Below are positions 45,987 to 53,789 of a stretch of 61,109 nt of DNA, in pieces (positions within the stretch are counted from its first letter, which is position 1; each line of letters opens with the position of its first letter). The position numbers were made by a program, and so were the translations under genes. Source of the DNA: a virus (Duplodnaviria; Caudoviricetes); IMG/VR virus record IMGVR_UViG_3300009593_000019, positions 1 through 61,109 of that record, one strand, 5' to 3'. A model generated the notes under the pieces. That model was not told where the DNA came from and ran no database searches. It saw only the letters and a list, made by a program, of their open reading frames with translations.

Positions 45987-46169
45987 TTACATTTCAACTA
46001 ATAAAGGGTCTTCTGTGGATCCTATTGATATATCTCGGCTTTGAGTTTGGGAATTTTTTTCCGAGCTAATTTTCTCTACAAGCTTCGTTAACTTATCTAT
46101 CTTATTGTGAAGCTCATCTACTTCTTTTGTTATATCATTGTAAATATCATCATTATTATAAAATGTCAT
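45987..46169 (-). CDS. Hypothetical coiled-coil protein
   Basis: AAGGA RBS on the minus strand. Confidence 0.55.
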   Translation of the reverse strand: MTFYNNDDIYNDITKEVDELHNKIDKLTKLVEKISSEKNSQTQSRDISIGSTEDPLLVEM

Positions 46170-46182
46170 TATTCAGTCCTTT

Positions 46183-46434
46183 CTAAAAAAAATATTCAAC
46201 ATCGCCCCAACTATCAGACTTTACTTGTATAATAGTCATAGGGTCATTTACTTCATTATTATTCATTGCTTTCTCAATGTCTTCTTTAGTCTCAACTATC
46301 AAAGGCATTTCAGCATTTGCGTCATATGGGTCAACGAATGTCGTTCCCGTAGCGTCAAGTAATAGTTCAGTATTATCTTTTTTCAAAGCATAACCTTCTT
46401 GTTCATAAACCATTGTTGGTATTGGATGACTCAT
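46183..46434 (-). CDS. Hypothetical acidic early protein
   Basis: AAGGAG RBS before ATG 46434; sigma70 promoter upstream. Confidence 0.7.
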   Translation of the reverse strand: MSHPIPTMVYEQEGYALKKDNTELLLDATGTTFVDPYDANAEMPLIVETKEDIEKAMNNNEVNDPMTIIQVKSDSWGDVEYFF

Positions 46435-46463
46435 AATATACTCCTTTTCTTTATCATACTTAC

Positions 46464-46492
46464 ATACTATCAAACTCTACACTCCTTGTCAA
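46464..46492 (-). promoter_or_regulatory. sigma70-type early promoter (leftward)
   Basis: GCTTGACA-17-TAGTAT with TGn extension on the minus strand. Confidence 0.75.
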
Positions 46493-46501
46493 GCACTTTT
46501 T

Positions 46502-46509
46502 TATAAATA
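46502..46509 (+). promoter_or_regulatory. T4-type late promoter TATAAATA
   Basis: Exact consensus, back-to-back with the leftward early promoter. Confidence 0.7.
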
Positions 46510-46544
46510 TTTTCAGTAATATTAACACTCAACTGGAGCGAGTA

Positions 46545-46607
46545 ATGGTTGAAATACTTACTATATTAGCGTTAGCAGTAAATCTGTTAACAAGTCTTTT
46601 ACGCTAG
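46545..46607 (+). CDS. Possible 20-aa hydrophobic peptide MVEILTILALAVNLLTSLLR
   Basis: GGAG RBS; first ORF after the late promoter. Confidence 0.35.
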   Translation: MVEILTILALAVNLLTSLLR

Positions 46608-46679
46608 AATTTGTGAATCTTATACATAAGTGTGTTGAGACTTCCAGAGAATAGCTAAGCTAAGGAACAGGACACACAA

Positions 46680-46934
46680 ATGACTTTCAAGGAACGACTA
46701 CAGCGCATACGAGGAAAGGCGCAAAAATCCATCACTACTGATAATCTCGTTGACATTTCTGTTGACATATTGATATTAGTCTTTGATGTATTAAGTTCGC
46801 CTATCTTAATTGTAATGAGAGTTGTACGATTTTTAATAAGAAGGCATATCGTTAGATACCTTAAAAGGTTTATTAAGTGGTTTCTCCATTCTGTCTGTAA
46901 GATAGATAATACGCCTTTAGATTGGAAAGATTAA
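46680..46934 (+). CDS. Hypothetical membrane protein
   Basis: AGGA RBS; hydrophobic core. Confidence 0.6.
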   Translation: MTFKERLQRIRGKAQKSITTDNLVDISVDILILVFDVLSSPILIVMRVVRFLIRRHIVRYLKRFIKWFLHSVCKIDNTPLDWKD

Positions 46935-46935
46935 A

Positions 46936-47235
46936 ATGATTAATGGATTGTGGTTAGTTGATAGAATTGAATACCTAATAGGGAGAGGGCGACTCTTGTT
47001 CTCTATGTGTTTGCGATTGTTAACTTGGGCCGGTATAACGGTAATGGTTGCGTATGGTTTAGCGTTTCTTTATGTTGTGATAATCGGGACTTATACTGAA
47101 AGAAGCGAATTTAATAAGATTGTTGGTTCTTCTATGTTAGATGAATTTTACTATTTTATATTACCAGCATTATTAATAACTAGTCGTAAATATATAAATA
47201 GTTTTATTCGTTCAACCATTTTTGGTCGGAAGTAA
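46936..47235 (+). CDS. Hypothetical membrane protein
   Basis: Two TM segments; the 3' end overlaps the late promoter and riboswitch. Confidence 0.5.
   Translation: MINGLWLVDRIEYLIGRGRLLFSMCLRLLTWAGITVMVAYGLAFLYVVIIGTYTERSEFNKIVGSSMLDEFYYFILPALLITSRKYINSFIRSTIFGRK
47193..47200 (+). promoter_or_regulatory. T4-type late promoter TATAAATA driving the riboswitch leader
   Basis: Exact consensus 8 nt before riboswitch P1. Confidence 0.75.
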
Positions 47236-47283
47236 GGCACTCGCCTGAAGGAACGCACCTAACTTGAAACATAGGAGGGTGTT
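47207..47283 (+). ncRNA. Glutamine riboswitch (glnA / glutamine-I type) with SD-proximal expression platform
   Basis: P1 CGUUC/GAACG, P2 ACCA/UGGU, GGAAGUA...GAAG E-loop, P3 AGGC/GCCU; CACC and CCUA can pair with GGUG and UAGG around the SD. Confidence 0.85.
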
Positions 47284-47478
47284 ATGAATAGACATACTTA
47301 TTTACTCTCCACTTATAGAAAGAAGAAACAAATAGAGCGTAAAGAAAAGGCTCTTGCGTCTTCTCGTACAGAAGTGGATATAAATGGTAATGGTACTTCT
47401 GGTTATACACTTAAAGAAGGTGTTAACAAAAACAAAGTACTTGGCCATAGAGTAGTCAAATCAACCGATAATTGGTAA
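47284..47478 (+). CDS. Small basic protein under glutamine riboswitch control
   Basis: AGGAGG RBS; 64 aa, Lys/Arg-rich. Confidence 0.8.
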   Translation: MNRHTYLLSTYRKKKQIERKEKALASSRTEVDINGNGTSGYTLKEGVNKNKVLGHRVVKSTDNW

Positions 47479-47483
47479 TATTT

Positions 47484-47503
47484 TGGGGGAGTTAAATCTC
47501 CCC
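47484..47503 (+). terminator. Hairpin after the riboswitch-controlled gene
   Basis: GGGGAG/CTCCCC stem; no adjacent U-tract. Confidence 0.4.
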
Positions 47504-47514
47504 TAAATACTTTT

Positions 47515-47841
47515 ATGAGTAATTTAATAAACTTAACAGATAACGCAGTATCACATCTACAAACTTTAGCAAAAGAACATAACAAAAAATATGTTCGTTT
47601 AGAAGTTAAAGGTGGTGGTTGTGCTGGGTTTAAATACGACTGGAAGTTTGAAGATGAAGCAGATACTAATGATGAGGTTATCTTACACGATAACTTTACA
47701 TTGTTGGTTGATAAGTCTAGCATATTAATGTTAGCAGGTATGACTATAGAATATCGTAAGGAGATATTTGGGTCATTTTTAGAATTAAAGAATCCCAACG
47801 CAACAAGTAGTTGTGGTTGTGGAGAAAGTTTTGGAGTATAA
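47515..47841 (+). CDS. iscA: A-type Fe-S cluster carrier (HesB/IscA/ErpA family)
   Basis: VKGGGCAGFKY and NPNATSSCGCGESF signatures. Confidence 0.92.
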   Translation: MSNLINLTDNAVSHLQTLAKEHNKKYVRLEVKGGGCAGFKYDWKFEDEADTNDEVILHDNFTLLVDKSSILMLAGMTIEYRKEIFGSFLELKNPNATSSCGCGESFGV

Positions 47842-47842
47842 A

Positions 47843-48100
47843 ATGAATTATGATAGAATAAAACAAGAAGAGTTGTTATATTCAGAATCTTGTGGGTCTT
47901 GTATACCTATAGAAAAAGACCACAAATATCAAAGTGAGTTGTTAAAGAAACAATTACAAATGATATTAGATGATGAAAGAGGCGACAACGATTTAGATAA
48001 AAAGATAAAGATATTAGAAACACAAAATAAGATATTACAAGCGGAAAAGAAGTTTCTTGCCGATACATTAAAAGAACACGGCATATTGACAATGAAGTAA
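47843..48100 (+). CDS. Hypothetical coiled-coil protein with CGSC motif
   Basis: GGAG RBS before ATG 47843. Confidence 0.6.
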   Translation: MNYDRIKQEELLYSESCGSCIPIEKDHKYQSELLKKQLQMILDDERGDNDLDKKIKILETQNKILQAEKKFLADTLKEHGILTMK

Positions 48101-48114
48101 TTATGTTGTATAGT
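48086..48114 (+). promoter_or_regulatory. sigma70-type promoter
   Basis: TTGACA-17-TATAGT ahead of the oxygenase gene. Confidence 0.7.
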
Positions 48115-48134
48115 AATTATTGGAGTGAATTAAA

Positions 48135-48941
48135 ATGACAAAATTTAGAGAACAAACCGTAATACCTCAAATAGTACATCCGAAGATAAACGGAGAAGTA
48201 TTATATCCTTTTGGACCACCTGTCTATCGTACAGAATTAGATACAAAGATTGTTGATATGCTGATAGCAGAAGGTCAACGAACAAGAGAACAAAAAGATT
48301 TAGACCATAGATTAAAACTAGCAGGTAATATGAAGTCTGGTACTTCTGTTCTATTTCCTGCAGGTCCTGATAAAGATGTTAGAAACAGAGCAGACCAAGC
48401 AATCGTTCAAAAAGTATTTGAGTTTTTTGAAATACTACAATCACAATATGGTAAAGATTGGCCTAATATAGAAAAGATGATGTTAGGTAATAGTGGTGGT
48501 ATGGGTGCATTAAGATTACAACAATTATGGATTAACTTTCAACAAGCAGGTGATTATAATCCTTTACACGACCACGGTGGTCTTTTTAGTTTTGTTATAT
48601 TTGGTGATATAGATGAAAAGATATTTACAGAAGATGTACCACCTACAAATACTAATATAGCAGGTAAACTAATATTTCATTATGGTGAACAGATTACAAA
48701 ACTACAATCAAATAGTTTTTCAGTAGAACCATATAAAGGTTTGATGTATGTTTTTCCTGCGGCTTTACAACATACGGTACCACCATACTTTAAAGAGTTT
48801 GAAAGAATTAGTATAAGTGGTAACTATGTACTAGAACAAAATCAACCACAATCAAAACTTAATCCTGTTAAGTTAAATTTAGAAGATGATAAAGTAGCAC
48901 AAATGATGATGAATCCTAATACGGACCAGAATAACATATGA
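48135..48941 (+). CDS. Putative 2OG-Fe(II) oxygenase
   Basis: WINFQ..GDYNPLHDH, FPA.L.H.V.P and RISISGN motifs. Confidence 0.85.
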   Translation: MTKFREQTVIPQIVHPKINGEVLYPFGPPVYRTELDTKIVDMLIAEGQRTREQKDLDHRLKLAGNMKSGTSVLFPAGPDKDVRNRADQAIVQKVFEFFEILQSQYGKDWPNIEKMMLGNSGGMGALRLQQLWINFQQAGDYNPLHDHGGLFSFVIFGDIDEKIFTEDVPPTNTNIAGKLIFHYGEQITKLQSNSFSVEPYKGLMYVFPAALQHTVPPYFKEFERISISGNYVLEQNQPQSKLNPVKLNLEDDKVAQMMMNPNTDQNNI

Positions 48942-49126
48942 TAAAAGAATATTTAAAAATTATAGGTTTAGGTATACTTGCAATACTATTTCATTGGAAG
49001 ACAATTGCATTTTATGGATTTATGGCGTTTGCTTTTGTACTAATGATGTTAGAACAAGGTATTGTTGCGGCTCTTTTCGTAATACCTATTCTATACTTCT
49101 TACGACTTATAGGTAAGTTTCTATGA
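48938..49126 (+). CDS. Small membrane protein
   Basis: Highly hydrophobic; overlaps both neighbours. Confidence 0.65.
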   Translation: MIKEYLKIIGLGILAILFHWKTIAFYGFMAFAFVLMMLEQGIVAALFVIPILYFLRLIGKFL

Positions 49127-49425
49127 CACCAGAAGAATTACAAGAAACAATTGACAAAATTAAATTCATACTAGACGATAAAGTTGCACCTAGTGTAGCT
49201 GCACACAATGGTAAGATTAACTTTCTTTCTTTTTCACAAGAAGGAGTATTAAAATTACAAATGGCAGGAAGTTGTGCTGGGTGTGCTATGTCTCAACTTA
49301 CTTTAAAACAAGGTGTTGAAAGTATGATGAAACATTATTGTCCAGAAGTCAAGCAAATCATTTCAGAAGATGATACACAAGCTGCTGAACAAGGTTACAC
49401 ACCTTACGCACCTACCTTAAAATAG
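49123..49425 (+). CDS. nfuA: NifU/NfuA C-terminal domain Fe-S carrier
   Basis: V.P.VAAH.G.I...LQMAGSCAGC.MS..TLK.GVE signature. Confidence 0.85.
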   Translation: MTPEELQETIDKIKFILDDKVAPSVAAHNGKINFLSFSQEGVLKLQMAGSCAGCAMSQLTLKQGVESMMKHYCPEVKQIISEDDTQAAEQGYTPYAPTLK

Positions 49426-49506
49426 TCCAGGTATACAGACTAAAGTTTCTGATACGATACAGCCAGCAAAACTGACTAAACCATAAATCATCAAAAAAGT
49501 AATCAT
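49417..49506 (-). CDS. Possible 29-aa hydrophobic peptide
   Basis: AAAGGT RBS; MITFLMIYGLVSFAGC... Confidence 0.4.
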   Translation of the reverse strand: MITFLMIYGLVSFAGCIVSETLVCIPGLF

Positions 49507-49639
49507 TTATTGTACCTTTCATAATGGCTCTTATCTACGCAATAAAAGGCTTTGTGTTGTGGATATTCTTTTTTAGCGAGGCGATGAGCAGATAAACAAT
49601 TGGGAAAGTCCCCTAGCATCCGCATATCTTTTGATTCAA

Positions 49640-49675
49640 AATCAAAATAACCGTAGCCTGATAACCAGACTACGG
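49640..49675 (-). terminator. Probable leftward terminator
   Basis: CCGUAGUCUG/CAGGCUACGG stem followed by UUAUUUU on the minus strand. Confidence 0.55.
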
Positions 49676-49718
49676 CAACAAAGGATTGTAATATGAATAT
49701 TCTCCGTTAAGATTATTA

Positions 49719-49997
49719 TTATGAAGCTAACTTCATTAAAGAATAAGGCACGGTCCATTTACCACGACCTTCTTCCATAACTACAGCTTTCTTCGGGTTA
49801 CATTTAACAATAACTCCGTGATGTTGTTTACCACGAGGTCTGCCAAATATCACTTTTGCTCCGACAGCAAACTTGTTAATGTCTTCGGCTTTTGCTTTTG
49901 CAATACAAGCCTCAACAATATATAAGTGTTCTTTATGACTAGGTTCTCTAATCCATTCTAACACTTTATTTAAATCATTAAATTTCACTTCTGACAT
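49719..49997 (-). CDS. Hypothetical protein with SH3/KOW-like C-domain
   Basis: AAGGAG RBS; VGAKV.F...GVIVK.N.K.A.V...W.VP pattern. Confidence 0.75.
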   Translation of the reverse strand: MSEVKFNDLNKVLEWIREPSHKEHLYIVEACIAKAKAEDINKFAVGAKVIFGRPRGKQHHGVIVKCNPKKAVVMEEGRGKWTVPYSLMKLAS

Positions 49998-50009
49998 AAT
50001 ATACTCCTT

Positions 50010-50372
50010 CTATTTAAGATATAAAGGTCCAGTCCACTGGATTGGATAGTTTCCAGTAAGAACATTTCCTCTAGGTGAATTTAAGGCAGGTGCATTGTAA
50101 CCAGCGGCTTTCAATATATCACCTTTCTTAAAATGTTTAAAGTCTTCTTTTGCGATAAAACAAAAAACTCCAGTATCTTGTACAATCTTAATGTACTTCT
50201 TACCTTCTTTGATTTTTGTTTTACTATCCCAATTATCAACTTGTTCTTTTGAATAACCTGATAATTCTTTGCCACCCATAGTTGACCATTTAAAATAGTC
50301 TTCTTTGGCACCAGCCATCAAGTTTTTTATTCCATCATTTAAGTTATCAGCAGATTTATCAACTTTTATCAT
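50010..50372 (-). CDS. Conserved phage hypothetical protein (GKKYIKI...GDILKAA...APA..RGN)
   Basis: GAGG RBS; recognisable motif of early phage proteins. Confidence 0.75.
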   Translation of the reverse strand: MIKVDKSADNLNDGIKNLMAGAKEDYFKWSTMGGKELSGYSKEQVDNWDSKTKIKEGKKYIKIVQDTGVFCFIAKEDFKHFKKGDILKAAGYNAPALNSPRGNVLTGNYPIQWTGPLYLK

Positions 50373-50373
50373 A

Positions 50374-50553
50374 TTATTGGTCCTCATTTTTAAGTGTTAA
50401 GATAGTTCCAACAACTGAACCTATCATTATTGCAAGCATTATAAAAAACATTGTCCAGTTTTCTTGTCCTAAACAATGACCTCCACAATCTTCAATTGAA
50501 CCAACTGCCAAAATGGCAGAAAGTATAGCAGTAATACTAAAAAAAGTATTCAT
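50374..50553 (-). CDS. Small 2-TM protein
   Basis: AAAGGA RBS before ATG 50553. Confidence 0.65.
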   Translation of the reverse strand: MNTFFSITAILSAILAVGSIEDCGGHCLGQENWTMFFIMLAIMIGSVVGTILTLKNEDQ

Positions 50554-50591
50554 AGTGTTTTGTCCTTTCGTTTTATTCATAATATACATAC

Positions 50592-50620
50592 ATATTACCA
50601 TAGTTTAATAACATTGTCAA
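50592..50620 (-). promoter_or_regulatory. sigma70-type early promoter (leftward)
   Basis: GGCATTTTTTGCTTGACA-17-TAATAT; same upstream motif as at 24391. Confidence 0.75.
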
Positions 50621-50637
50621 GCAAAAAATGCCCTAAA

Positions 50638-50829
50638 ATGAAAAAAAATCAACAAAAAATACTAGTGTTCTTGTTTTGTTCTCTATTTTTCTTAAATAGT
50701 TGTGGAATTCATTGGAAAAAATGTAAATTTACACCCGATTACGGACGAATCAGCGAATCAATTTACAAATCGGTAGAAAAAGACAAATTTATTGCGTTTA
50801 GAACGGGACAAATTTCGTGTCCTTTTTAA
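50638..50829 (+). CDS. Possible lipoprotein
   Basis: MKKNQQKILVFLFCSLFFLNSC lipobox-like start; no clear RBS. Confidence 0.45.
   Translation: MKKNQQKILVFLFCSLFFLNSCGIHWKKCKFTPDYGRISESIYKSVEKDKFIAFRTGQISCPF
50667..50681. promoter_or_regulatory. GTTC-N7-GTTC box (alphaproteobacterial LexA-like)
   Basis: GTTCTTGTTTTGTTC about 50 nt upstream of the leftward -35. Confidence 0.4.
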
Positions 50830-50862
50830 TTTTCAACTAAATATACTTAACAAAAGGATTTT

Positions 50863-51012
50863 ATGGCGTTACCAAAGTTTGGTGTGAGTTTGTATTCCCC
50901 AGGTAAGGGAAAAAAGACTTCACAAGGGGTCAGAAAAAGGATGATAAAAAAATCATCTATGAATAAGAGTAAAAAACGAAGTTGGAAAGCATATAAAGGA
51001 CAAGGAAAATAG
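50863..51012 (+). CDS. Small basic protein of T4-like phages (KKTSQG...YKGQGK)
   Basis: AAGGA RBS; CTAAATA late-like motif upstream; 49 aa. Confidence 0.75.
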   Translation: MALPKFGVSLYSPGKGKKTSQGVRKRMIKKSSMNKSKKRSWKAYKGQGK

Positions 51013-51221
51013 TGGAAGGCAAATTTGTTATCAAAATTGGCAATCAACTACACACTTATACTCAATATGATGAAATTCCTAATGAGATAGGTGCGGTCAT
51101 TTCGTTTGAGCCTAAATATCCTGAAGAACCACATACAGAAGAAGAACATAATTTAATAGAAACCTTTAACGACAAATTAAAACAATTAATGGAGAGAGAA
51201 TGCCTGCGGTTACGAGGATAG
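51012..51221 (+). CDS. Hypothetical protein preceding PAAR
   Basis: Coupled GTG start; P.PHT.EEH motif. Confidence 0.7.
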   Translation: MEGKFVIKIGNQLHTYTQYDEIPNEIGAVISFEPKYPEEPHTEEEHNLIETFNDKLKQLMERECLRLRG

Positions 51222-51487
51222 GAGATAAAGATGTTACCCATTGTAGTACACCTGCAAGAGCAGTAGGTTCTCCAGATGTATTTTGCAATGGTATAGCTGT
51301 TAGTAGACAAGGCGATAATAACACGGTACACTTATTACCTGGTTTACCTTGCCCAGCACACGCTGCCCCTATTGCAACTGGTAGTACTACGGTCTTTATA
51401 AATGGCAAAGGTTGTGGTCGTGTAGGTGACGCAATATCGGGTTGTACAAGTGTTGCTCAAGGTTCTCCTAATGTCTTTGCCGGTTAG
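51200..51487 (+). CDS. gp5.4: PAAR spike-tip protein (gp5.4-like)
   Basis: MPAVTRIGD..H, GS.DVF.NG, R.GD and GS..VF repeats. Confidence 0.92.
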   Translation: MPAVTRIGDKDVTHCSTPARAVGSPDVFCNGIAVSRQGDNNTVHLLPGLPCPAHAAPIATGSTTVFINGKGCGRVGDAISGCTSVAQGSPNVFAG

Positions 51488-51489
51488 TG

Positions 51490-51497
51490 TATAAATA
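51490..51497 (+). promoter_or_regulatory. T4-type late promoter TATAAATA
   Basis: Exact consensus 9 nt before the gp25 ATG. Confidence 0.8.
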
Positions 51498-51505
51498 TTA
51501 GTGTT

Positions 51506-51931
51506 ATGGCATTCTACGATTCAAAAGCAAGCACTAGTAAAAAAAGAGTAAATAGGATTTATTCTGATTTAGACCTAGATTTCACAAGAAATCCGGTTAC
51601 AGGAGATGTGGTTAAACTTATTGATGTAGACGCTGTTAAAAGAAGTGTAAAGAATTTAATACAAACAAATCATTATGAGAGACCTTTTCATCCTGAAATA
51701 GGAAGTGATGTAAGAGCATTGTTATTTGAAAATATGACGCCGTTAACTGCTCTTAATTTAGAAAGAAAAGTTGCTGAGGTTTTAATTAACTTTGAACCTA
51801 GAGCAAGTATTGAAAGTATCGTTGCAAGTCCTGATATAGACGCAAATAGATACCACTTACAAATTAGTTTCTATGTTGTAGGTATTCAATCACCAATCGT
51901 AGTAGAAACATTTTTACAAAGGTTAAGATAG
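51506..51931 (+). CDS. gp25: Baseplate wedge subunit (gp25-like)
   Basis: YSDLDL.F..NP...AVKRSVKNLI.T...ERPF.P.IGS...FEPR motif. Confidence 0.93.
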   Translation: MAFYDSKASTSKKRVNRIYSDLDLDFTRNPVTGDVVKLIDVDAVKRSVKNLIQTNHYERPFHPEIGSDVRALLFENMTPLTALNLERKVAEVLINFEPRASIESIVASPDIDANRYHLQISFYVVGIQSPIVVETFLQRLR

Positions 51932-53785
51932 ATGGCAAGTACAAAACTAGATATTACAGAACTGGATTTTGACCAGATAAAACAAAATTTAAAAGTATTC
52001 TTACAAGGACAACCTGAATTTTCAGACTACAACTTTGAAGGTAGTGGTTTCGCTGTTCTATTAGACTTACTTGCTTACAATACACACTATCTAGGTTTCA
52101 ATGCTAATATGTTAGCAAACGAAATGTATTTGGATTCTGCTGATGTTAGAGCAAATGTAGTTTCACTTGCTAAGATGTTAGGTTATACACCTGCAAGTGC
52201 AAAAGCACCTGTAGCAAATATTGATGTTGTTGTCAATGACGCAACAGGAACAACTTTAACAATGAATAAAGGTACGGTGTTTACTTCTTCTATAGACGGA
52301 ACAACTTATAACTTTATCACTAATACAGATACAACAACTTCACCTGTTGATGGTGTATTTAAATTTTCTAGTATACCTGTTTACGAAGGTACACCAGTAA
52401 CCTTTAGATATACGGTTGACACACAAGACCCAGACCAAAAATATATAATACCTAGTGTAAACGCTGATACAACTACACTACAAATAAAAGTACAAAAGAG
52501 TTTAAATGACCAAACTTCTGAAACATATACAGGTGTTTCTGGATTATTAAAATTAAATAACGAAAGTCAAATATACTTCTTATCAGAAACAGATACAGGT
52601 AAATTTAAAGTTAAGTTTGGTGATGGTATTATCGGTAAGAAATTAGAACACGGTAATATCATAATTATGGATTATATCGTAACCAATAGGTCAGAAGCGA
52701 ATGGTGCTAAACTATTTAATCCTGCTGGTAATATTGGTTCGTTTTCAAATATCACGGTTACTACCGTATCAGAAGCACAAGGTGGTTCAGCACCTGAAAC
52801 AAAAGAGAGTATTCGTTTCAATGCGCCACTTCAATATACTGCACAAGATAGAGCGGTAACAACTTCTGATTATGAAACAAAAGTAATATCAATTTATCCT
52901 AACACACAATCAGTTAGTGCTTGGGGAGGTGAAGATGACGTAACACCAGTTTACGGTGTTGTAAAAATCGCAATCAAACCTACTTCAGGTTCTACACTAA
53001 CAACACAAACAAAAGCAGATATAGTTTCACAATTAAAAGAATATAATGTTGCTTCGGTAACACCTCAAATTGTGGATCCTGAAATAACAAGTATTGTTTT
53101 AAATTCAACTGCAAAGTATAATGAAAGAGCAACTACTAAAGACGCTGAAACAATTAAAGCAGATATTATTAGTACACTAGGTAGATACAATGTATCAACT
53201 TTACAAAAATTTGATAGTATGTTTAGACATTCTAAAGTTATCAAAGAGATTGATGAAACAGACGGAAGTATACTATCTAACATCACAACATTAAAAATTA
53301 GAAAATCATTTGCCCCTACATTAAATTCATCTTTGAAGTATAACATTTACTTTAGAAATGCAATTTACAATCCACATACTGGACATAATTCAGCAATGGG
53401 TGGTGTGGTTACATCTACAGGTTTCAAAGTAGCAGGTTCTACTTTTGAACAATTTTTAGATGATGATGGTAATGGAAATATAAGAGCATACTATCTATCA
53501 GGTGCAACTAGAGTTTATACTAACTCAACACAAGGTACGATTGATTATACAACTGGTGCAATTACAATTAATTCATTACAGATTACAGAAATTTCAAATA
53601 TAAGAGGGAGTGCTTCAACGGTGATAGAAGTAACCGTGCAACCTGCTTCAAACGATATTGTTCCTGTTAGAGACCAGATTTTAGAGTTAGATATTACTAA
53701 CTCAACGATTAAGGTTGAGAAGGATTCCTTTGTCGGAGGAAGCTCGGATGCTGGTGTCGGTTATACTACCACTTCTGCATATTAA
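51932..53785 (+). CDS. gp6: Baseplate wedge subunit (gp6-like)
   Basis: LDFD.IK.NL, DYNFEGS, LAYNTHY, FGDG and Q.RAVT..DY motifs. Confidence 0.93.
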   Translation: MASTKLDITELDFDQIKQNLKVFLQGQPEFSDYNFEGSGFAVLLDLLAYNTHYLGFNANMLANEMYLDSADVRANVVSLAKMLGYTPASAKAPVANIDVVVNDATGTTLTMNKGTVFTSSIDGTTYNFITNTDTTTSPVDGVFKFSSIPVYEGTPVTFRYTVDTQDPDQKYIIPSVNADTTTLQIKVQKSLNDQTSETYTGVSGLLKLNNESQIYFLSETDTGKFKVKFGDGIIGKKLEHGNIIIMDYIVTNRSEANGAKLFNPAGNIGSFSNITVTTVSEAQGGSAPETKESIRFNAPLQYTAQDRAVTTSDYETKVISIYPNTQSVSAWGGEDDVTPVYGVVKIAIKPTSGSTLTTQTKADIVSQLKEYNVASVTPQIVDPEITSIVLNSTAKYNERATTKDAETIKADIISTLGRYNVSTLQKFDSMFRHSKVIKEIDETDGSILSNITTLKIRKSFAPTLNSSLKYNIYFRNAIYNPHTGHNSAMGGVVTSTGFKVAGSTFEQFLDDDGNGNIRAYYLSGATRVYTNSTQGTIDYTTGAITINSLQITEISNIRGSASTVIEVTVQPASNDIVPVRDQILELDITNSTIKVEKDSFVGGSSDAGVGYTTTSAY

Positions 53786-53789
53786 TTAG

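Noticed and set aside
45950-46111. 53-aa hydrophobic plus-strand ORF after gp5
   Set aside because: Overlaps a minus-strand gene that has a good RBS, and has no SD itself; possible but unsupported.
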